From a bacterium (lineage in GTDB: Bacteria; Electryoneota; JAOADG01), in contig OY820579.1 of NCBI GenBank assembly GCA_963681965.1, forward strand, positions 4,128,001 to 4,192,000: 64,000 nucleotides of DNA, read 5' to 3'. The position numbers and the translations under genes are program-made. The notes under the pieces were generated by a model. The model saw nothing but the letters and a program-made list of their open reading frames with translations. It searched no databases and was not told the origin of the DNA. Each line of letters starts with the position of its first letter. The first letter of the stretch is position 1. This document shows positions 1-7,785 of this stretch, one piece after another.

Positions 1-463
1 GTACTTTATCCGGCTGTACTTCCGGAAAATATTTCTCATCGACAATTACCACCGGCGCCATACCGCAGGCACCGACGCAATTGACGGTTTCGATGGTGTA
101 TTCGAGATCGGGACGGGTGCCCGGTTCGGTCATGCCGGTTTCGCGATAGAGCGCTTCCAGCACCATCTGGGCATTGCGCACGTGACACGCGGTACCCATA
201 CAGACTTTGATATTGATTCGACCCATCGGATCGAGCGAAAACGCTTTGTAAAATGTTCCGACCGCAAAAACTTTCGACTTCGGTACATCAAGCTGTTTTG
301 CGACTTCCACCAAAACATCGCATGGCAGAAAACGGTACTCGTCTTGAACATCCTGCAGCACCATGATCAAGCTGGTTTCGTTGCGAGGATACTTCGCGAG
401 AATCTTTTCCAATTTGGTGAAATCGTGTGCCGCCGGAGGCGTTTTGATATCGGCGTTGCTCAT
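1..463 (-). CDS. NuoE/HydC-like [2Fe-2S] thioredoxin-fold subunit (partial, runs off the left edge)
   Basis: Not in the ORF track. Manual translation from ATG 463 gives MSNADIKTPP...SLIMVLQDVQDEYRFLP...VGTFYKAFSL...IKVCMGTACHVRNA...ETVNCVGACGMAPVV, with CxxxxC and CxxxC ligands. ATGA overlap with the upstream gamma-subunit stop. Confidence 0.9.
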   Translation of the reverse strand, partial: MSNADIKTPPAAHDFTKLEKILAKYPRNETSLIMVLQDVQDEYRFLPCDVLVEVAKQLDVPKSKVFAVGTFYKAFSLDPMGRINIKVCMGTACHVRNAQMVLEALYRETGMTEPGTRPDLEYTIETVNCVGACGMAPVVIVDEKYFPEVQPDKV

Positions 464-1029
464 GCTACTGCCTCCACTTTCACTCGCGCTGCCGGTTCGG
501 CAATCGCCTTGGCGCCACGCAGCAGTGCTGCGACGTTGACTTCAATGAATTTCGGTTTGGTTTGGAATTCGTGGCGGACGATCGCTTCGATGGTTTCCAT
601 CTTCACGATTTTCGTCACACCGACGAATGCACCCAGTACGACCATATTCGGACCGCGGGGGTTATTCAATTCGTTGGCGATATGGTTGCAGGGGATCAGG
701 TACTCTTCCAAATCGTCGCGACCGCTGGTGATCGGAATCAGCGAACTGTTGACCAGGCACAGACCACCCGCTGGAATCATCGGTGCGAATTTTTCGAGCG
801 ACGGTCGGTTCATTGCCACCAGATTGCCCGGATTGTTCACCACCGGGCTGCCGATCGGATGATCCGCAATCACCACGGTGCAATAGGCAGTGCCACCGCG
901 CATTTCGGGACCGTAGGAAGGAATCCAGACAACCTGTTTTCCCTCTTCCATTGCCGCTTCGGCAAGTAATTTGCCCGCCAGCATGATACCTTGACCGCCA
1001 AAACCGGCGAATTTTATTTCCATCTGCAT
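460..1029 (-). CDS. 2-oxoacid:ferredoxin oxidoreductase gamma subunit
   Basis: AGFGGQG and SYGPEMRGG motifs. Confidence 0.95.
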   Translation of the reverse strand: MQMEIKFAGFGGQGIMLAGKLLAEAAMEEGKQVVWIPSYGPEMRGGTAYCTVVIADHPIGSPVVNNPGNLVAMNRPSLEKFAPMIPAGGLCLVNSSLIPITSGRDDLEEYLIPCNHIANELNNPRGPNMVVLGAFVGVTKIVKMETIEAIVRHEFQTKPKFIEVNVAALLRGAKAIAEPAARVKVEAVA

Positions 1030-1123
1030 CGGAGAAATCCTCTTCTGCTTGTGTACCGCAAATAAAAGTTTGCGTGAATATTATACTCGAACCATCAAAC
1101 CCGTGATGAGACTCACGTCGGTT

Positions 1124-1873
1124 TTATTTCGTCGTCTCCGGCGTCTTCTTCACACCGGGTACGTAATACGGCTTCATATCGCTGGCGACCCATTCGCACG
1201 CGGCGCGCGGCGTCATGCCCCAGTTCGTCGGACAGGTCGACAATACTTCGACCAGCGAGAAACAGATGTTGTCGCGTTGATATTCGAATGCGCGCTTGAT
1301 CGCTGCTTTGGTTTCGATAATCCCTTTCGGGGTATCGACGGCGGTACGCGCGATGTATGCCGGAGTGCGCAACGTCGACAGCAATTCGCTCTCGCGAATC
1401 GGCCAACCGACATCGTCGACTTTTCGACCGAACGGCGACGTCGTGGTTACTTGTCCGGGCAACGTCGTCGGTGCCATCTGACCGCCGGTCATACCGTAGA
1501 TCGCATTATTTACGAAGATCGTGGTGAATTTCTCGCCGCGATTTGCTGCATGCAAAATCTCGTTGCCGCCGATCGATGCCAAGTCGCCGTCGCCCTGATA
1601 AGTGAAGACGATCAAGTCGGGTCGAGCGCGCTTCAGTCCGGTTGCAAATGCCGGTGCGCGACCGTGTGCCGCTTCCAGAAAATCGACATTGAAATAATTA
1701 TATGCCAACACCGAGCATCCGACTGGTGCCACGCCGACCGTACGTTCGCGTAAACCAAGTTCGTCCAGTACTTCGCCTACGAGCCGATGAATCACGCCAT
1801 GCGTACAACCGGGACAATAGTGCGTAATGGTCTCGGTCATCGCCTCGGTTCGTTGAAAAATCAGATCCGCCAT
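1124..1873 (-). CDS. 2-oxoacid:ferredoxin oxidoreductase beta (TPP-binding) subunit
   Basis: YCPGC, PVGC, HGRA, GDGD...NN TPP motif, YGMTGGQ, CPTNW. Confidence 0.95.
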   Translation of the reverse strand: MADLIFQRTEAMTETITHYCPGCTHGVIHRLVGEVLDELGLRERTVGVAPVGCSVLAYNYFNVDFLEAAHGRAPAFATGLKRARPDLIVFTYQGDGDLASIGGNEILHAANRGEKFTTIFVNNAIYGMTGGQMAPTTLPGQVTTTSPFGRKVDDVGWPIRESELLSTLRTPAYIARTAVDTPKGIIETKAAIKRAFEYQRDNICFSLVEVLSTCPTNWGMTPRAACEWVASDMKPYYVPGVKKTPETTK

Positions 1874-1944
1874 TTTATCGCCTTTCCGGCAATTGCAGAT
1901 GGGTCAAGCGTTCGCGACCCGATCCTACAACCAATGATCTGTGA

Positions 1945-2997
1945 TTACAATAATTTCTTAATTTCTTCGACTACTTCTTCCGGTGCCGGTACTTGACCGC
2001 CTTGACGACCGTAGAAGTGAACCGGCTTCGTGCCTTCCATCGCCATGCGCACATCTTCGATCATTTGTCCATTCGACATTTCGATCGAAAGCAGCATCTT
2101 CGCACCGTCGCCGACTTTACGCAACTGTTGGTACGGGAACGGCCAGAGCGAAATCGGACGGAACAGACCGACTTCAATGCCGTCTTTTTTCAATTCGTCG
2201 ATGGCAGTCTTGCAGACCCGCGAGACCGTTCCAAAAGCGGTAATGACGATATCGCGCGGTTTGTCCAGATTGTAATATTCCCAGCGGCACTCGTTCGCTT
2301 CGATCTCAAGATATTTCTTGGCACGTTTCCGGTTCTCGACTTCCCCTTCGACGGGGTCGAGGAACAGGGTTCGCACTAGATGCGGTTTTCGACCTTTAGC
2401 GCCAGTAGTTGCCCAATCGCTTTTATCGGTCGGATGCGGCGGCGGTACATTGTCGAAATCGACCGGTTCCATCATCTGACCGATGAGACCATCCGCCATC
2501 AACGTGACTGTATTACGATATTTGTCGGCTAGTTCGAATGCCAACATCATCAGATCGACCGATTCCTGAACGGTAGCCGGAGCAAGTACGATCACTTTAA
2601 AATCGCCATGTCCCAAACCGCGGGTCATCATCATGTAGTCGCCCTGCGACGGCAGAATACCGCCCAATCCCGGACCGGCGCGACAGACATTGACGATCAC
2701 CACCGGCAAATTGGCAGCGGTGATATAGGAAATCGCTTCGGACATCAGTGCGATACCGGGCGAACTGGAAGTTGTAAACGTGCGTTCACCGGTGGAAGCC
2801 GCGCCAAATAGCGCATTCGATGCGGCAACTTCACTCTCCATTTGAAGGAACACACCGTTCACTTCCGGCAGACGGCGGACGAGATATTCGGAGACTTCAG
2901 TCTGGGGAGTAATCGGATACGCAAAAAAGCGAATGGCACCCGCACGGATAGCGGCTTCGCCGAGTGCTTCGTTCCCTTTCATCAGTACTTTGCTCAT
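1945..2997 (-). CDS. vorB: 2-oxoacid:ferredoxin oxidoreductase alpha subunit (3-methyl-2-oxobutanoate dehydrogenase VorB-like)
   Basis: MKGNEA, YPITPQTE, QMESE, SSSPG, RAGPGLG. Likely start ATG 2997 (ATGA overlap with the delta subunit), not the ORF-track start at 3213. Confidence 0.88.
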   Translation of the reverse strand: MSKVLMKGNEALGEAAIRAGAIRFFAYPITPQTEVSEYLVRRLPEVNGVFLQMESEVAASNALFGAASTGERTFTTSSSPGIALMSEAISYITAANLPVVIVNVCRAGPGLGGILPSQGDYMMMTRGLGHGDFKVIVLAPATVQESVDLMMLAFELADKYRNTVTLMADGLIGQMMEPVDFDNVPPPHPTDKSDWATTGAKGRKPHLVRTLFLDPVEGEVENRKRAKKYLEIEANECRWEYYNLDKPRDIVITAFGTVSRVCKTAIDELKKDGIEVGLFRPISLWPFPYQQLRKVGDGAKMLLSIEMSNGQMIEDVRMAMEGTKPVHFYGRQGGQVPAPEEVVEEIKKLL

Positions 2998-3251
2998 TTC
3001 GTCACCCCCTTCGTTACAGTTGCATCGAAGAAGCGATAGACGACGGCATTGGCACCGATCGAGATTGCCAGATCCGGACAGGAAATCGCGCAAAGGGTAC
3101 AACCGATACAGCGTGGCTGATCGAATACTTCCGCGAAGAAGTACCCTTTGATGTTGATCTGACGCGACATCCGAATAATCTGTTGCGGACAGGCGCGCGC
3201 ACAAAGTTCGCACCCTTTACAACGATTTGGTTCAATATTTACACGGGGCAT
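2994..3251 (-). CDS. 2[4Fe-4S] ferredoxin / oxidoreductase delta subunit
   Basis: CKGCELCARACP and CIGCTLCAISCP. GGAG RBS before ATG 3251. Confidence 0.92.
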   Translation of the reverse strand: MPRVNIEPNRCKGCELCARACPQQIIRMSRQINIKGYFFAEVFDQPRCIGCTLCAISCPDLAISIGANAVVYRFFDATVTKGVTK

Positions 3252-3394
3252 ATTAACTCCGGTCATGGGTCGGTGAATCGCGACCCATCGCTGTCACCAG
3301 CCATTAGGCACTATGATAAGCACCTATTCGTTCCAAATTGGAACCTTTTTAAATCGAATAACAACCGCGGACGATGATTGAATCGCACCGCAGC

Positions 3395-4150
3395 TTACGT
3401 TTTTTGTGCCGCTGCCGCGCGAGCAAACCCGTCACGTGCATGCGTGACCTGCCGAATATTGATTCCCAACTTCCATGGTGGCAATAACATCCGAACGATC
3501 GGCAGGATCGGGAAATCGGCGGAAACCATTAACGGGTGATCCAGAAATTCATGGTTGACTGCGGCAAAGGCAAATTTCACCCCTTTCGCAACGGCGACGG
3601 TACGGGCAAACTCAATACCGTCCAATACCATTGTCGGGGTGGTTTCGTCCATCAAATGCGTGTTGGCGACAATCGCCGTCACTTTCATTCTTGAACTCCC
3701 TTCCACCTCGCTGATGAGCTGCAATGCGCCATCGACGGTTCCGGTGAAGGGTCGGTTTTTGTTTAGAACAAAAAACATTTCGTAGCGATTTCGGGCAAAA
3801 CTCTTGACTAATCCCGATAATACCGTCGCGCCCACACTATCGCCGCCGACATCCATAATCGAGATGCCTTGCGGTTGTTCGATGATTCCTCGGACTGTAG
3901 GTAGGAGAATCGGTAAATCGGCGCTGTGGTACTCCCCTTCCGGGGCAATAACTTCCACACCCAGCGCTTCCAGGGGATCGCGGGCTTCACGACAGCGAAA
4001 ATAAGGGTTGACTAAGTCAAGGTCGGCGATTTTAGTGATGACACCCGAACGCGCAAAGTGTGCGGCGTAATTGACTGCAACTTCAGTTTTACCACTACCG
4101 TAATTTCCAGTGAACAAAACCACAGGTGCGAAGGGAATGGACAAAAGCAT
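3395..4150 (-). CDS. Uncharacterised P-loop NTPase (MinD/CobQ-like) leading the vor operon
   Basis: GNYGSGKT Walker A, DLDLVNPYFR, DVGGD. GAGG RBS before ATG 4150. Confidence 0.8.
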   Translation of the reverse strand: MLLSIPFAPVVLFTGNYGSGKTEVAVNYAAHFARSGVITKIADLDLVNPYFRCREARDPLEALGVEVIAPEGEYHSADLPILLPTVRGIIEQPQGISIMDVGGDSVGATVLSGLVKSFARNRYEMFFVLNKNRPFTGTVDGALQLISEVEGSSRMKVTAIVANTHLMDETTPTMVLDGIEFARTVAVAKGVKFAFAAVNHEFLDHPLMVSADFPILPIVRMLLPPWKLGINIRQVTHARDGFARAAAAQKT

Positions 4151-4420
4151 CAACGCCTCGGAAAAACAACGGTTCTGAGGAATAACTGCGGAAACCGTGA
4201 CGATGAGGAGAAGCCAACAATGATAGGTGATCGACAACCCGGCAAACCGAGTTGGATCGAGGTTTTTCAATGACTTCAATCCCCGAACGAGCATAATATA
4301 GGGAACTCAATTCAGCGATGCAATCGAGAAAATATTGCTAAATTTCCGAAAACAATGCAAGATTTCCGCGAATTATTTGTACATTAATCGAAATGTGAAA
4401 CTTCGATTATACTGGCTATA

Positions 4421-4630
4421 ATGCGTCTTATTCTGCGAATTCTGATCAAAATTTACCGCTATACCCTTTCACCACTTCTCGGCGGACAGTGTCGGTTTCA
4501 CCCATCGTGCAGTGTCTATGCCGAACACGCCATCATCAAGCACGGCGCGTGGAAGGGCAGCAAACTCGCCCTGATTCGCTTGCTCAAGTGCGGTCCGTGG
4601 CACCCCGGCGGGTTCGACCCGGTTCCGTAA
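4421..4630 (+). CDS. yidD: Membrane protein insertion efficiency factor YidD
   Basis: [10 protein letters not shown]...KHG and [17 protein letters not shown] signature. Confidence 0.95.
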   Translation: MRLILRILIKIYRYTLSPLLGGQCRFHPSCSVYAEHAIIKHGAWKGSKLALIRLLKCGPWHPGGFDPVP

Positions 4631-4665
4631 AGAGCGTGCAGCTCGAAAATTAGTTGTGATCGATA

Positions 4666-4827
4666 GTAGGGGCGGATCCCCGCATCCGCCTGCATCTTTT
4701 AATCCTTCTGGTGGCGCAGGCCTCCGAGCCTGCGATAATCCTTCTCGATATGCATTAAAATCGCTCGCGGTCAAATTTAAATTCGTGCAACCATCCGAGG
4801 ACGCGGGCGGTTCGCGCCCCCCCCTAC
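4666..4827. repeat. Cluster of REP-like GT(A/G)G-footed hairpins
   Basis: GTAGGGGCGGATCCCCGCATCCGCC at 4666, GTGGCGCAGGCCTCCGAGCCTGCG at 4711, and an inverted degenerate GGGCGGTTCGCG...CCCCTAC at 4805-4827. All three types recur elsewhere in the window. Confidence 0.85.
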
Positions 4828-4961
4828 CAAAAGTGTAATGATAATTAACTAATACGATCGCAGTACTTCATTCAATCCTACCAGTGTCAAATCGAGACTT
4901 GCGACGATCAATCCGATTGATTAGTTTTGCCCCAATTTCAACACATTTCTGAAACGGGAGA

Positions 4962-5600
4962 ATGACCATGGAAGGGATCGGTGCACCGGAAAGTACCGGA
5001 CAGGGCAGATTTGAATTGCTGTGCGGGATCGTGATCACCCTATTTGCAGCACTTTTGGCAGTGACTGATCTGGGTGCCGGACGATTTGGCGACGATGAAT
5101 TGATTTCCTACAACGAAAAAGCGAACGCATATCAGTGGTTCAATTCGAAAGGGATCAAACAGACGCTGGTCGAAGGTCAACGCGACTTGTTACAATCGCT
5201 GCTCGACGCCAAAACGATCAATCCCGCCAATGAAGAAGCAATGAAAAAATACGTGACTCATCTTGAACAAGACATCGATAAATACAAGAAAGAGAAGAAA
5301 GAGATCTTACTCGGTTCCGCCAAGATCGGGCAGGAGAACTGGGTTCAAGATGTCGATGGGCAATTAGGGAAAGTTGTCGGGGCGAAAGAATGGGAATCAA
5401 AAAATCAAATTCTTGGTCAATCAGGAGATATATTCGACTACGCGTCGTTATTCCTGCAGATTTCGTTGGTGATCGGCGCGATAAGCATCGTTGTGCAATC
5501 CAAACGGATGAAGTACGCTTTCTTTACGATGATGTGCTGCTCGGGAATTACCGGAGTGATCTTTTCGGTGTTTGCATTTCGTATCGCCTTTAGTGTGTAG
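4962..5600 (+). CDS. DUF4337-like membrane protein
   Basis: One N-terminal and two C-terminal hydrophobic segments flanking a helical region; W.NSKGIKQ motif; GGGAG RBS. Confidence 0.7.
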   Translation: MTMEGIGAPESTGQGRFELLCGIVITLFAALLAVTDLGAGRFGDDELISYNEKANAYQWFNSKGIKQTLVEGQRDLLQSLLDAKTINPANEEAMKKYVTHLEQDIDKYKKEKKEILLGSAKIGQENWVQDVDGQLGKVVGAKEWESKNQILGQSGDIFDYASLFLQISLVIGAISIVVQSKRMKYAFFTMMCCSGITGVIFSVFAFRIAFSV

Positions 5601-5601
5601 T

Positions 5602-5632
5602 AAAAAAAGGGTACGAGTCTGGACTCGTACCC
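5602..5632 (-). terminator. Rho-independent terminator of the aldo-keto reductase gene
   Basis: GGGTACGAGTC/GACTCGTACCC perfect stem with an A7 tract on its left (U tract on the minus strand), between convergent genes. Confidence 0.8.
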
Positions 5633-5655
5633 GAACTCTCGATATTCGTTTTTGC

Positions 5656-6690
5656 TCAGTCGCCGCGCAATTTCGAAACTGTTCGATCGTGCCGGATAAT
5701 ATCGTGCATCCATTGCGGGTAAGGGCGATACGGCTTGCTCAATTCGTCGAGTTTCGCCACTTCCCCGTCAGTCATCGTCCAATCTACCGCTTTAAGATTG
5801 TCCACTAATTGTTCAACCGATTTTGCACCGATAATAACTGATGCCACACCCGGTTTTCGCAACAGATAATTCAACGCGCCTTGGGCAACTGTCGCATCGT
5901 GAGCGGCAGCGATGCGATCCAATTCCTCGACAATCGGATACCCTTGATCATAGTTGATCGGGATGAAATTGTACTGCTCGGATGCTCTCCGTGCACCCTC
6001 CGGACCCTTCTCGCCGCGACGATATTTCCCGGTCAAGAAACCTCCACCGAGTGGCGACCATGGGGTAATACCGAGCCCCTGATCCAGACAGAGTGGAACC
6101 AACTCATTTTCCAGATCGCGCGAAATCAGCGAATAGAGCGCCTGCAATGAGACGAATTTCTCCAGATTCTGCCGTTCCGATGTCGCCAGCGCTTTCATCA
6201 GTTGCCAGCCGGCAAAATTGGAACAACCGAGATAGCGCACCTTTCCTTGCCGTACCAAATCATCCAAGGCGCGTAAGGTTTCTTCCAGTGGAGTGATGAA
6301 ATCGAAACTGTGGACGATGTAAAGATCGATGTGATCTGTGTTCAGCCGTCGGAGACTGTTTTCGCAACCGGTGAGAATGTGGTGGCGGCTTAGACCGACA
6401 TCATTGATCTCGGCACTCATACGACCGCGAACTTTCGTGGCAAGGACAATCTCGTTACGCCGGTCGTGCAAAGCCTTACCGAGAAACTCTTCTGCCATTC
6501 CGTACGAGTATACATCGGCGGTATCGAAAAAATTTACACCGGCATCGAGTGACAGATCGACGAGTCGCTTCGATGCTTGGTACTCCAATTCGCCAATTGT
6601 TTTCCAATACCCTCTACCCCCGAAAGTCATGGCACCGAAACAGAGTTCGGAAACCAATAACCCGGATTTTCCTAGTTGTCGATATTGCAT
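5656..6690 (-). CDS. Aldo/keto reductase
   Basis: LGKSGL.VSELCFG, DTADVY, ATKV, IDLYIVH, GKVRYLGCSN, WSPLGGG. GGGAGG RBS before ATG 6690. Confidence 0.95.
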   Translation of the reverse strand: MQYRQLGKSGLLVSELCFGAMTFGGRGYWKTIGELEYQASKRLVDLSLDAGVNFFDTADVYSYGMAEEFLGKALHDRRNEIVLATKVRGRMSAEINDVGLSRHHILTGCENSLRRLNTDHIDLYIVHSFDFITPLEETLRALDDLVRQGKVRYLGCSNFAGWQLMKALATSERQNLEKFVSLQALYSLISRDLENELVPLCLDQGLGITPWSPLGGGFLTGKYRRGEKGPEGARRASEQYNFIPINYDQGYPIVEELDRIAAAHDATVAQGALNYLLRKPGVASVIIGAKSVEQLVDNLKAVDWTMTDGEVAKLDELSKPYRPYPQWMHDIIRHDRTVSKLRGD

Positions 6691-7105
6691 TCTTCCTCCC
6701 ATTGCTTAATCGTTCAATTGAAAATCAACAGAAAGATAACCAATCCTATCACGCTGTTCCAATGCAACCACCGAGAAACGCAATATGCATTGTGACTCGG
6801 AAATCCCAAAATCGAATCCAATCACTAAATTTTACCTAGAATGCTCATTTTTTACATATGGAGGATCCGAAAAAACGGAGTTGCTTTAACTAATATTCTA
6901 TATGGAAGTTATTGCTTCAGCTCTTGTTAATAAATTCTGAACGAGATTCTATACTTAAATATGAGTTCTTTGTGACAAAATTATTGAGTTTGTATTGAAT
7001 TATTCTTGCATGAACTCCAATGATATCATACATTATGTCGTATTTTACTACGTACTAACGTACTTCAAACGAACATCCGATTAATCTAACATCCCGGGAG
7101 GAATC

Positions 7106-7714
7106 ATGAAAAAATCCGTAATCGTAGTTCTAGCAGTATTATTGGTTGCATCGCTGTCGATGGCTGGCGGCTGGTCTTATGGTATCAAAGCCGGCTTGAA
7201 TATGGCAAGCTTGAAATTAGATCCATCACCGTCAGGTGTGACTGTGAAGTCGCGTACAGGCGTGGGCATCGGTGGTGTTTTTAACTACAATATCGATAAC
7301 AAGATGGATATCCGCACCGATGTACTCTATTTGATGAAGGGTGCGAAAACGGAATGGACCGGTGGCAGTGGCGAAGTGAAGCTTGACTATCTTGCGATTC
7401 AACCGACGTTCTCCTATAAATTCGCCGAATGGAATTGCAAACTGAACACCAGCAAAATGGGCAGTGCATTCTTTGAAGTCGGACCGGAAATTGCCATGAA
7501 GATCAGCGCGAAAGACAAAGATGGCAACAAGATTGAAGACGTCAAAGGCACCGATTTCGGTTTGAACCTCGGTTTCGGTATCAATATGCCGTTGTCGAAG
7601 GGTACGCTGGTTCCGGAACTTCGTTATTCCATGGGCTTGGCGAAAGTACTCGATACCGGCGGACAGAGCTGGAAGACCAGCGGTATCGGCATCATGGTCG
7701 GTTACATGTTCTAA
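7106..7714 (+). CDS. Outer-membrane beta-barrel protein (PorT/OMP_b-brl_2-like)
   Basis: Signal peptide, GIKAGLN start, alternating beta strands, ELRYSMGL, terminal GYMF. GGAGG RBS. Confidence 0.85.
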   Translation: MKKSVIVVLAVLLVASLSMAGGWSYGIKAGLNMASLKLDPSPSGVTVKSRTGVGIGGVFNYNIDNKMDIRTDVLYLMKGAKTEWTGGSGEVKLDYLAIQPTFSYKFAEWNCKLNTSKMGSAFFEVGPEIAMKISAKDKDGNKIEDVKGTDFGLNLGFGINMPLSKGTLVPELRYSMGLAKVLDTGGQSWKTSGIGIMVGYMF

Positions 7715-7729
7715 GATTTTTTCAGATGT

Positions 7730-7767
7730 AAAAAAACGGGATCTTTTTCAAGATCCCGTTTTTTTTT
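7730..7767. terminator. Bidirectional intrinsic terminator
   Basis: A7-CGGGATCTT-tttc-AAGATCCCG-T9 between convergent genes. Confidence 0.92.
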
Positions 7768-7785
7768 ATCTCTTTCTTTCTACAT

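Noticed and set aside
130-351. 73-aa minus-strand ORF in the track
   Set aside because: Out-of-frame shadow of the NuoE-like gene that starts at 463.
1049-1753. 234-aa plus-strand ORF (also 182-862)
   Set aside because: Antisense to well-supported oxidoreductase subunits; no motifs.
6720-7100. AT-rich intergenic region as a riboswitch or ncRNA
   Set aside because: No recognisable aptamer consensus or stable structure by eye; consistent with divergent promoters.
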